A stretch of DNA of 43,125 nucleotides from Candidatus Woesearchaeota archaeon (GTDB lineage Archaea > Nanobdellota > Nanobdellia > Pacearchaeales > GW2011-AR1), in NCBI GenBank assembly GCA_964423055.1, contig CAYRCZ010000002.1, forward strand, positions 67,492-110,616. The letters run 5' to 3'. Below the pieces are notes generated by a model. It had not been told where the DNA came from, did not search any database, and saw nothing but the letters and a program-made list of their open reading frames with translations. Positions within the stretch are counted from its first letter, which is position 1. Each line of letters starts with the position of its first letter. Shown here one piece after another: positions 1 through 7,285 of this stretch. The position numbers and the translations under genes were made by a program.

Positions 1-79
1 AAAGTCATTAAACTACATCTTTGACTACCTGAAATTCTGGGAGTTGAAGCAGACTGTAGAAGACAAAAAAACACACAAA

Positions 80-700
80 ATGGAATTGAAAGAAGCATTA
101 AAGCAATTGAGAACAAGCGAAGAACGCAAGTTTGATCAAACTGTTGACTTAATTGTAAATCTAAAGGGAATGGATTTCCGTAAAACTAATTTATCATTTG
201 TAGTTGACGTGCCTAACAAATTCAAGGAAAAAACAGTATGTGCATTCTTGAATGAAAAGAGTGAACTTGTTTCTACAATAACTAAGCCAGAATTTGCTAG
301 ATTTGCAACTGATAAGAAAGCTCTTAAGGGACTTGTAAAGAAATATGACTTTTTCATTGCTCATGGTTCACTGATGCCCTCAGTAGCTAGCACTTTTGGT
401 AAGATCTTAGGACCTACTGGAAAAATGCCAACTCCTGCTCTGGGCGTTATGATGAAGGACGGAGCTGAAGAAATCAAGAACATGATAGTTAAAATTTCAA
501 AATCTGCTAAAATAAGGGTAAAGGATGCGAGCATCAAGATTGCAGTAGGTAAATTAAGTATGGATGATGCCAAAATAATGGAAAATGCAAAATCGATCTA
601 TGAGGGAATAGTTAATGCATTGCCTCAAAAATCAGATAACGTTAAGAAAGCTCTTGTTAAGTTGACAATGAGTAAACCTGTAGAGGTGCAGATCAAATAA
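80..700 (+). CDS. rpl1: 50S ribosomal protein L1 (uL1)
   Basis: Canonical uL1 N-terminus (MELKEALKQLR..RKFDQTVDLIVNLKG) and GKILGPTGKMPTP loop. First gene of the archaeal L1-P0-P1 cluster. The ORF track starts at TTG 44, but in-frame ATG 80 reproduces the usual L1 N-terminus. Confidence 0.93.
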   Translation: MELKEALKQLRTSEERKFDQTVDLIVNLKGMDFRKTNLSFVVDVPNKFKEKTVCAFLNEKSELVSTITKPEFARFATDKKALKGLVKKYDFFIAHGSLMPSVASTFGKILGPTGKMPTPALGVMMKDGAEEIKNMIVKISKSAKIRVKDASIKIAVGKLSMDDAKIMENAKSIYEGIVNALPQKSDNVKKALVKLTMSKPVEVQIK

Positions 701-1506
701 TGGCTCCAAATAATTCTGAGAAAAAATTTGTATCTGTAGTATCTGAAGAAAAGAAACAAGCAGTAAAAGATTTAGCTCATTTGATGAAGATGAATAGAAC
801 AATTATGATTGCATCATCTAGAGGATTGCCTGGAAGACAATTCAACGAGATAAAGAAGAAACTTAGAGGAATGGCTGAATTAAGAGTTGCAAAGAAAAGT
901 GCTGTAACAAAAGCTATTGAATCTACTGAAAAAGGTGGAGTTCAAAATTTAAAACAACACATTGATGCAGACATTGTAATATTATTCTCAGATACTGAAC
1001 CCTTTGAATTATCAAGCATTTTAATGGATTTCCAAAGCTCTAGGAGAGCTAAAACTGGAGATATTGCCCCTAGCGATATCGAAGTTGAACCTGGCCCAAC
1101 AGACTTAGTTGCTGGTCCTGCAATTTCAGAATTATCTGGAGTAGGTTTGAAAGTAAAAGTTACAGATGGAAAATTAGAAATCATAAAGGGAGCTATTGTT
1201 GCTAAACAAGGAGAACCTATCAAAGCAAATGTAGCTTCAGTTCTTTCAAAGTTAAATGTAAGCCCAATGAAAGTTGGATTCATACCTGTTGTTGCTTACG
1301 ATTCTAAAGAAGACAAAGTATATGCTAACTTAGTCATTGATAAAGTTGGAACTCTTGAAAGCTTAAGAGATTGTGTTGCAAAAGCACTTGGATTTGCTAT
1401 TAATATCAAGTTCCCAACTGAGAAGACTATTGGATACTTCATTACTAAGGCTGGACGCGAAGAAAAAGCCCTTCTAAAACTTATAACCACAAAGGAGGGT
1501 CAATAA
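700..1506 (+). CDS. rpl10: 50S ribosomal stalk protein P0 / L10 (uL10), short form
   Basis: 1-nt TAATG overlap with the L1 stop. uL10 N-domain (RTIMIASSRGLPGRQFNEIKKKLRG..AELRVAKKS). Sits between L1 and P1. Only 268 aa, ending ..KLITTKEGQ with no acidic tail. Confidence 0.9.
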   Translation: MAPNNSEKKFVSVVSEEKKQAVKDLAHLMKMNRTIMIASSRGLPGRQFNEIKKKLRGMAELRVAKKSAVTKAIESTEKGGVQNLKQHIDADIVILFSDTEPFELSSILMDFQSSRRAKTGDIAPSDIEVEPGPTDLVAGPAISELSGVGLKVKVTDGKLEIIKGAIVAKQGEPIKANVASVLSKLNVSPMKVGFIPVVAYDSKEDKVYANLVIDKVGTLESLRDCVAKALGFAINIKFPTEKTIGYFITKAGREEKALLKLITTKEGQ

Positions 1507-1794
1507 ATGGAATACATCTACGGAGCTTTGTTATTGCATAAGCTTGGACATGCTGTTACAGAAGAATCTTTGAAAAAAGTTATTCATGCTACAGGAAGCC
1601 AAGTTGATGAATCAAAGCTTAAAGCATTAATTGCTAGCTTGCATGGCGTTGATATTAGCGCTGAACTTGCAAATGCAAATGTTGCTGTGGCTGCACCTTC
1701 TGCTGGCGCTGCATCTGCTGCACCTGCTAAGGAAGAGAAGAAAGAAGAGAAACCTTCTGAATCTGCAGCTGGATTAGCATCATTATTCGGTTAA
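1507..1794 (+). CDS. rpl12: 50S ribosomal stalk protein P1 / L12
   Basis: 95 aa starting MEYIYGALLLH. Ala-rich hinge, KEEKKEEK stretch and C-terminal GLASLFG tail typical of archaeal P1. AGGAGGG SD at 1493-1499. Confidence 0.93.
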   Translation: MEYIYGALLLHKLGHAVTEESLKKVIHATGSQVDESKLKALIASLHGVDISAELANANVAVAAPSAGAASAAPAKEEKKEEKPSESAAGLASLFG

Positions 1795-1795
1795 A

Positions 1796-1810
1796 TTTTT
1801 TATTTTATTT
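1796..1810 (+). terminator. oligo-T tract after the L1-P0-P1 operon
   Basis: TTTTTTATTTTATTT lies directly after the P1 stop codon. Archaeal intrinsic termination typically uses oligo-T runs. Confidence 0.45.
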
Positions 1811-1906
1811 AGTTAGCCGGATAAAGTTTTCCTAGTAAGACTTGCATGATTGGAAGGTTAGTTTTACTGAGGATAGAATGAAGAACAGAATCTTATTTTA
1901 GTTATC

Positions 1907-1914
1907 TTTAAATA
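1907..1914 (+). promoter_or_regulatory. TATA box (TTTAAATA) for tRNA-Ser
   Basis: Same octamer as upstream of L3 and AglB. It starts 32 nt upstream of the mature tRNA 5' end. Confidence 0.5.
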
Positions 1915-1938
1915 AGAATAAAAAAGAGATATTTGTAA

Positions 1939-2020
1939 GCCGACATGGCACAATGGTACTGCGCTGGTCTTGAGAACCAGTTTCCTTCGGGATATCCCGG
2001 TTCGATTCCGGGTGTCGGCG
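1939..2020 (+). tRNA. tRNA-Ser (anticodon UGA)
   Basis: Cloverleaf read by eye. Acceptor GCCGACA/TGTCGGC. Anticodon stem CTGGT/ACCAG with loop CTTGAGA (anticodon TGA at 1971-1973). 15-nt long variable arm TTTCCTTCGGGATAT (class II). T-arm CCCGG-TTCGATT-CCGGG. Discriminator G. No encoded CCA and no intron. Confidence 0.9.
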
Positions 2021-2113
2021 TTCTTGCGGAATCGAAGTCCTCACAAATTGATATTTGTGGTCCCTCAAACTTTTACAAGTGTTGAGGATTCTGAATATCT
2101 TATTAAATTAGAA

Positions 2114-2395
2114 TTAGTTACCAAAAAAACGAGAGAAGAAACCTTTCTTCTTTTCTACTTCAGGCATAATAGGCTCTATTCTTGGAGCAGGTACTGTGGA
2201 CTGCATACGTCTTACAGCTTCAGCAGATTCATTAGCTATTTCTTTTTCAGCTTGAACAAATGCTTTTTCTACTTCTGACCTAGAAGTGCCTTGATTTACT
2301 AACATCCACTTTAAAGATTCCTTGTTATAACCTTTCTTTAGATTCCTTTTTATATAATTTACAGTGTTCGTTAAATATGTTTCATCTTTTTTCAT
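2114..2395 (-). CDS. small hypothetical protein with C-terminal amphipathic (membrane-targeting-like) helix
   Basis: 93-aa ORF. It has its own minus-strand TATA (TTTTTATA, plus coordinates 2417-2424) starting exactly 29 nt upstream of the ATG. The N-terminal part is helical and charged. The C-terminus is EKKKGFFSRFFGN. Confidence 0.6.
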   Translation of the reverse strand: MKKDETYLTNTVNYIKRNLKKGYNKESLKWMLVNQGTSRSEVEKAFVQAEKEIANESAEAVRRMQSTVPAPRIEPIMPEVEKKKGFFSRFFGN

Positions 2396-2416
2396 AATGA
2401 ATTGATTAGATTTTGA

Positions 2417-2424
2417 TATAAAAA
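2417..2424 (-). promoter_or_regulatory. TATA box for the 93-aa gene
   Basis: TTTTTATA on the minus strand, 29 nt from ATG 2395. Confidence 0.5.
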
Positions 2425-2449
2425 CATTATGTTGCTCATGTGTTATTGA

Positions 2450-3922
2450 TTAAGTAATAACAATTGGCTTTTGTTTGATGAAAAATTTGACTGCTTCCTT
2501 TAATTTTATTTTGGATTCTGAAAAAATAGTTATTAATTTTTCTCCTTTTGAAATTTTTTCACCGACATGCTTGTAAATGAACAATCCCGATGCTTTATCT
2601 ACAGGACAACCAGCAATCCTAGCGATATAATTTATATTTTGGTTGCTTATTTTTTTGATCGTTCCAATATGGCTCGATATGATAGTATGGTGGAATTTTG
2701 CTTCTGGAAGCCAGGATTTTACATCTCCTCCTTGAGCAGATATTATTTCTGAAAATTTCTTGTATGCTTTACCAGAATAAAGGGCTTCCTTTGCTTTAAT
2801 TATACCCTTGCCAGTTTTGGCTTTTCCAGCCATTTCAATTATATTTCCTGCAAGTAAAAGCGCTTTTTCTTCTAGATCTTTTGGAGAATTATCTTGTTTT
2901 AAAACTCTTAGAACATCTTTCATCTCCAATATTGGACCTATTCCTTGACCTATTGGTTCTTTACCTTCAGTCAAAATAGTTTTTACTTTAATCCCTAACT
3001 TTCCTCCAATTAAAGCAAACAATTTACTTAACTTTTCTCCCCTTTCCTTGGATACTTTTGCTCCTTCGCCATATGGGATATCGATCAGTACATGCGTACT
3101 TCCTACTGAAATTTTCTTAGCTAGAATTGAAGCAATTAATTGAGATTCTGGATCTACTCGAAGGATTTTTTCAACTCTTATTAATTTATCATCTGCTGGG
3201 GCAAGACCTAATGAACCCCCCCATACTAAACAAGCTCCAGTTTTTTTTACAACTTTTTTCAAATTAGAAATTGAGAGATTTACAGGAGCAATTGATTCGA
3301 TTGTATCCGCAGTTCCTGCAGCGGAAATTATAGCTCTTGAAGAAGTCTTAGGCATTATTATTCCAAGAGATGCACAAATTGATACGACGATAGGAGTAGT
3401 TCTATTCCCGGGTATACCTCCAATACAGTGTTTATCTGCAACTATCTTGTAAGGCCAAGAAAGTTTATTTCCAGTGTTTACTATTGCCTTAGTTAAGTTA
3501 ATGGTTTCTTGAAGAGAAGGGTTACAATGAACCATTGTAGAAATGAAATAAGCTATTTCTGCTTCAGTTAGAAGATTATTCACTATATCAGACATTATTT
3601 TTTCTAATTCCTTTAATGTATACTCTCGACAACCTTTTTGATTTTGTAAGATGAAAGAACTTTCTGCAACTTCTGAAGGGAGGATTTCAACATAACCTTT
3701 ATGCTTAATATTAGAAGCTAGCTCTTCTGAAATAGCTGCTTCATTTTTTTTAATTAAACCTCTTGCTAAATCTGCAACTGCAATTAATGTATCGCCATTC
3801 CACTTTATTGCAACTCGGTCTCCTGTATGGATCCCCATCTTTTTGGCTGCAGATTCATGTAAAAATATTACAGGCTTACCTGCAGAAATCTTTAGAAGTT
3901 TTAATTTCAGCCTCATTTGCAT
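2450..3922 (-). CDS. AMP phosphorylase (archaeal DeoA-type nucleoside phosphorylase family II)
   Basis: 490 aa. Thymidine-phosphorylase-family core (DKHCIGGIPGNRTTPIVV, SSRAIISAAGTADT). It is preceded by the roughly 80-aa N-terminal domain (MRLKLKLL..GKPVIFL..GDRVAIK) that is characteristic of archaeal AMP phosphorylases. Confidence 0.8.
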   Translation of the reverse strand: MQMRLKLKLLKISAGKPVIFLHESAAKKMGIHTGDRVAIKWNGDTLIAVADLARGLIKKNEAAISEELASNIKHKGYVEILPSEVAESSFILQNQKGCREYTLKELEKIMSDIVNNLLTEAEIAYFISTMVHCNPSLQETINLTKAIVNTGNKLSWPYKIVADKHCIGGIPGNRTTPIVVSICASLGIIMPKTSSRAIISAAGTADTIESIAPVNLSISNLKKVVKKTGACLVWGGSLGLAPADDKLIRVEKILRVDPESQLIASILAKKISVGSTHVLIDIPYGEGAKVSKERGEKLSKLFALIGGKLGIKVKTILTEGKEPIGQGIGPILEMKDVLRVLKQDNSPKDLEEKALLLAGNIIEMAGKAKTGKGIIKAKEALYSGKAYKKFSEIISAQGGDVKSWLPEAKFHHTIISSHIGTIKKISNQNINYIARIAGCPVDKASGLFIYKHVGEKISKGEKLITIFSESKIKLKEAVKFFIKQKPIVIT

Positions 3923-3946
3923 TCTAAAGCCTAGTATGTTTAAAAA

Positions 3947-4981
3947 TTATTCCGCTGGAGAGAACATATCTGAAAGAGTCCCATCTTTGTATGCTTTCAA
4001 GAATAATATCAAATATGCTAGGATTAATGGGCCTAAAATAAGCCCTAGTATATTGAAAACGAATAATCCTCCAATCATACCCACTAAAACAATAACTGAT
4101 GAGACTCCCGCTTTTCTTGATACTATGTATGGTCTGAGGATATTATCTATTGTAGATACAAAGAAACCGCAATAAACTGCAAAAGCTAAAGCAACGCCTA
4201 CGTTTCCTGCCACTAACATCGTTACTGCGACCGGGATCCAAATAAACCATGGACCTACCATTGGAAGCATGGATGCAAAAATTCCTAAGATTGTTAAAGT
4301 AAGGGCTTTAGGAACTCCAAATATTAATAACCCTAGACCCAGTGCAAGACCTTGAATTATACCTACTATAATGTATCCATAGATAATAGACGAGGTAATG
4401 TCTTTGAATCTTGTAACAAGAACTGTTTCTTTATCTTTTCTAAATGGGGAGATTCCTGTAATAAATTCACGTAATCCTTCTTGGTCTCTTAGTGCAAAGA
4501 AGAATACAAAGAGGATAACTGCTAAATTTAATAGGACAGTGGGAAGACTTTGTAAAAGCCCTATAAAGTAATTGAATATTGTCGAGGCCAAATTACCTGT
4601 AAACTGGATTATAATAGTGGTTAACTTTTCATTAAATTCTGCATTTCCAGAAGGAAAGAGTTTAGTAACAACTTGAGAGAAATCAATATTTTGGCTTAAA
4701 TTAAATAAATCAAAAATTTGCTGAATGATAATTGGAATTGTAAACCATAAAGGAACTATTATTATTAGAAGGACTAGAAGACACATTATTGTTGCAGAAA
4801 TATTTCTAGCGTGAATTGTCCTATAAACTATTTTGTAAAGAGGTGAAAAAATATAAGCTAAAATTAATCCGCCGAATATAGAAAGCACAATTGGCCTTAT
4901 TATTAAGAAAGCTGCTACTGCCAAAAGTAAGAGAACCGCTGAAACAAATATGCGCCTAATATCCTTATTTGACAATGCCAT
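3947..4981 (-). CDS. AI-2E family transporter (PerM/UPF0118-like permease)
   Basis: 344 aa and multi-TM. Conserved C-terminal core LGIFASMLPMVGPWFIWIPV ... GGLFVFNILGLILGPLILA. Minus-strand TATA (plus coordinates 5003-5010) lies 29 nt from the ATG. Confidence 0.8.
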   Translation of the reverse strand: MALSNKDIRRIFVSAVLLLLAVAAFLIIRPIVLSIFGGLILAYIFSPLYKIVYRTIHARNISATIMCLLVLLIIIVPLWFTIPIIIQQIFDLFNLSQNIDFSQVVTKLFPSGNAEFNEKLTTIIIQFTGNLASTIFNYFIGLLQSLPTVLLNLAVILFVFFFALRDQEGLREFITGISPFRKDKETVLVTRFKDITSSIIYGYIIVGIIQGLALGLGLLIFGVPKALTLTILGIFASMLPMVGPWFIWIPVAVTMLVAGNVGVALAFAVYCGFFVSTIDNILRPYIVSRKAGVSSVIVLVGMIGGLFVFNILGLILGPLILAYLILFLKAYKDGTLSDMFSPAE

Positions 4982-5002
4982 AGTTTTCCGACGGTTTTTC
5001 TA

Positions 5003-5010
5003 TATATAAA
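5003..5010 (-). promoter_or_regulatory. TATA box for the AI-2E permease gene
   Basis: TTTATATA on the minus strand, starting 29 nt upstream of ATG 4981. Confidence 0.5.
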
Positions 5011-5055
5011 TTTTCGTAAGACTTCAGAAACGATCGAAAAATTATTTTTGAAAAA

Positions 5056-5063
5056 TTTATAAA
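5056..5063 (+). promoter_or_regulatory. TATA box for the 232-aa orphan gene
   Basis: TTTATAAA starting 29 nt upstream of ATG 5085. Confidence 0.5.
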
Positions 5064-5084
5064 GGAAGTTTTACAGGATAGACT

Positions 5085-5783
5085 ATGGATTTTTTCATTC
5101 AGAAGCTATGTTCTGGTAAAACAGACGAACTTGCCCATTTACAATTTGAAAAGTATAGTAGAGGCTTGTTTAAAAATAAGGCAATAGTTCAAGCAAAATA
5201 CTCAAAAGAAAATTATTCATTTGTAACAACTAGTGAATATGCTTCTGAATTTGTAAGGGCTTGTGCTGAAGAACTTGGACACTCAAAAGCAAAGATTGAA
5301 GGAGTGATCATATCAACTAAAGCTCTTCCTGAAAATATCAAATATGGAGATATCTCTCAATTTATGGGTGTAAAGAAATATTCGATTTCTGGTGAAATGA
5401 CTGGAAATGAAATAATTTCTATTTGCGATTCTGTACCAAGAGCTTTTATTGCACTTTCTTTTTCTACACCTAAAAGTGAATTAAAAATAAAACCTAAAGC
5501 ACCTAAATCTGCTAAACCAGGGACAAATGATGAGGATGTTAAAGTAGACTTTTGTAAATTAAAAACAACTAACGCAGAATTTGCTAAAAAATTGTTTTTT
5601 GATATTCCTGAATTCAAAAAAGCTGAGGCAAGACATGATTTTAATATCTTAGATATTGAAGTTCCTAAAGATGAAAAAGATCCAGTAAAAATGAGAGAAA
5701 AAGCAATAAGGAAAGGAAAAATAATAAGAAAATTGACAGTTAATGATTCTGAAAGCCAAAAAGAATATGTTTTTTCAGCATAA
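5085..5783 (+). CDS. hypothetical protein (no family recognised)
   Basis: 232-aa ORF with a leaderless-type promoter. Soluble, with a Lys/Pro-rich linker (KIKPKAPKSAKPG) between two domains. I recognise no motif in it. Confidence 0.65.
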   Translation: MDFFIQKLCSGKTDELAHLQFEKYSRGLFKNKAIVQAKYSKENYSFVTTSEYASEFVRACAEELGHSKAKIEGVIISTKALPENIKYGDISQFMGVKKYSISGEMTGNEIISICDSVPRAFIALSFSTPKSELKIKPKAPKSAKPGTNDEDVKVDFCKLKTTNAEFAKKLFFDIPEFKKAEARHDFNILDIEVPKDEKDPVKMREKAIRKGKIIRKLTVNDSESQKEYVFSA

Positions 5784-5831
5784 TTGAAAACTTTATATAG
5801 TTCTTAAAATTATTTTGTTTGGGAGGTTTTT

Positions 5832-6176
5832 ATGAATACTAAAAATATTGCATTAGTAAATCGCATACTTCTTGGACTTGTTATGCTTGTCCCTGGGCTG
5901 TTGAAATTATTCGGTGGCGCAGATGGAGTTTCCGGAATGTTATCTGGAATTGCATTATTCTCTTGGGCTCCAGGTTTCTGGGCTTGGGTATTAATCATTT
6001 CAGAAATTGTTTTCGGTATAGCGATTTTAGCTAACTGGAGATTGCATTATACAGTTTGGCCGCCTATAGTAATTATGCTAGTGGCAGGATTGACTGTTAA
6101 CTGGGGTAAGTGGCCATCAGTGCTTATGCATCTAGTTATTGCATCAAACTATTTGATGCTTAGAAAATCAAAGTAA
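5832..6176 (+). CDS. DoxX-family small membrane protein
   Basis: 114 aa with about 4 TM segments. N-terminus RILLGLVMLVPGLLKLFG resembles DoxX. TATA at 5792-5799 and GGGAGG SD at 5821-5826. Confidence 0.6.
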   Translation: MNTKNIALVNRILLGLVMLVPGLLKLFGGADGVSGMLSGIALFSWAPGFWAWVLIISEIVFGIAILANWRLHYTVWPPIVIMLVAGLTVNWGKWPSVLMHLVIASNYLMLRKSK

Positions 6177-6181
6177 TTTGA

Positions 6182-6206
6182 TTTTTTCTTTTTTATTTTC
6201 TTTTTT
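6182..6206 (+). terminator. oligo-T rich terminator region
   Basis: TTTTTTCTTTTTTATTTTCTTTTTT lies directly after the DoxX stop codon. Confidence 0.45.
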
Positions 6207-6247
6207 ATTACTATAATAAGAGATTAGGACAAGAGTTCTAGGTAAGG

Positions 6248-6255
6248 TTTAAATA
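6248..6255 (+). promoter_or_regulatory. candidate TATA box (TTTAAATA) of the L3...L15 ribosomal operon
   Basis: Identical octamer to the tRNA and AglB boxes. It lies 111 nt upstream of the L3 ATG, which implies a leader of about 80 nt. A second TATA-like TTTAAATC sits at 6321-6328. Confidence 0.4.
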
Positions 6256-6358
6256 CTATCAATTAAGAAAAAAGAGGTAGAAGTTGAATCGAATGTCAAG
6301 CGGTTGCTAACGCGACGACATTTAAATCGGAAGAGTTGCTCCATAAACACAATGGAAC

Positions 6359-7285
6359 ATGAAAATATCAAGACCAAGGTATGGAAGTTTGCAATTTTGG
6401 CCTCGTAAAAGGGCTGAAAGATTTTTACCTAGTGTAAACTGGGATGCAATAAAAGGAGAGGGTTTCTTAGGATTTATATCATACAAAGCTGGAATGGCTA
6501 CTGCTATTGTAAAAGATGCTACTCCTAAATCAATGACTCCTGGAAAGAAAATGGCAGTTCCAGTTACATTCTTAGAAATGCCCCCTATGAGGATATATTC
6601 AGTAAGATTCTATAAGAATGGTAAAGTCATGACCGAAGTTGTTGTTTCTAATGATCGTGAATTAAAGAGAATCGTTAAAGTTTCGAAGAACTTAACAAAA
6701 AATGTTGACTCTATTGAGGGATATGATGATGTAAGAGTTATTGCATATTCAGTTCCTAAAGAAATCGGGTTAAAAAAAACACCCGATATGATTGAAATTG
6801 GTATCGGTGGAAAAGATAAGTTGAATTTTGTTAAGAATTATATTGGAAAAGATATAACAGTTGCAGATTTGAAAGGAGATTTATTTGATGTTAGAGGATT
6901 AACAAAGGGTAAGGGATTATCAGGACCAGTACATAGATTTGGAATTAGCTTGAAACAGCACAAATCTGAAAAGGGAGTTAGAAAACCAGGTAGTTTGGGT
7001 CCATGGCACCCGGCTAGAGTTATATTCAGAGTACCATTGTCCGGACAGTTAGGTATGTTTTCAAGACCTCATTACAACTTGAAAGTTTTAGCTTCAAGTT
7101 CAATGGCTTCAGACAAAGTAAAATTAAAATCATTCAGAAATTATGGAGAAATAAAATCTAATTACGTTATGCTTCACGGAAGCGTACAGGGTCCTGCAAA
7201 GAGACAAATCTTATTGACTAGCCCTTTAAGGCCTTCATTAAAACAAACAAGAAAGAAACTTGAGATGATAGAGGTACACATATGA
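6359..7285 (+). CDS. rpl3: 50S ribosomal protein L3 (uL3)
   Basis: N-terminus MKISRPRYGSLQFWPRKRA is typical of archaeal uL3. It heads the conserved L3-L4-L23-L2 order. Confidence 0.95.
   Translation: MKISRPRYGSLQFWPRKRAERFLPSVNWDAIKGEGFLGFISYKAGMATAIVKDATPKSMTPGKKMAVPVTFLEMPPMRIYSVRFYKNGKVMTEVVVSNDRELKRIVKVSKNLTKNVDSIEGYDDVRVIAYSVPKEIGLKKTPDMIEIGIGGKDKLNFVKNYIGKDITVADLKGDLFDVRGLTKGKGLSGPVHRFGISLKQHKSEKGVRKPGSLGPWHPARVIFRVPLSGQLGMFSRPHYNLKVLASSSMASDKVKLKSFRNYGEIKSNYVMLHGSVQGPAKRQILLTSPLRPSLKQTRKKLEMIEVHI

Noticed and set aside
44-79. Upstream-extended starts in the ORF track. These are TTG 44 for L1, and 9939, 11115, 11830, 12209, 13582, 27778, 28227 and 38422 on the plus strand. On the minus strand they are TTG 18085 and TTG 34989.
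   Set aside because: Each extension lies inside the preceding gene or uses TTG. An in-frame ATG downstream reproduces the canonical family N-terminus. It also gives the recurring TAAAATG/ATGA coupling or the exact 29-nt TATA spacing.
1846-1900. C/D-box sRNA-like pattern between P1 and the tRNA: AUGAUUG ... CUGA ... AUGAAGA.
   Set aside because: Both C-type boxes are imperfect. There is no terminal D box (CUGA) and no terminal stem, and the tRNA TATA box overlaps the expected 3' end.
2042-2087. Two small hairpins 3' of tRNA-Ser, considered as an ncRNA or bidirectional terminator: CACAAAT-TGAT-ATTTGTG, and CCTCAA..TTGAGG.
   Set aside because: The stems are short (6-7 bp) and A/T-rich, and alternative pairings compete. 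There is no flanking oligo-T run or promoter. This is compatible with chance in A/T-rich intergenic DNA.
1939-6176. tRNA-flanked accessory patch (93-aa gene, AMP phosphorylase, permease, orphan, DoxX) considered as an integrated mobile element.
   Set aside because: There is no integrase, recombinase or transposase. I could find no direct repeat of the tRNA 3' end downstream. The genes are metabolic or membrane housekeeping types.
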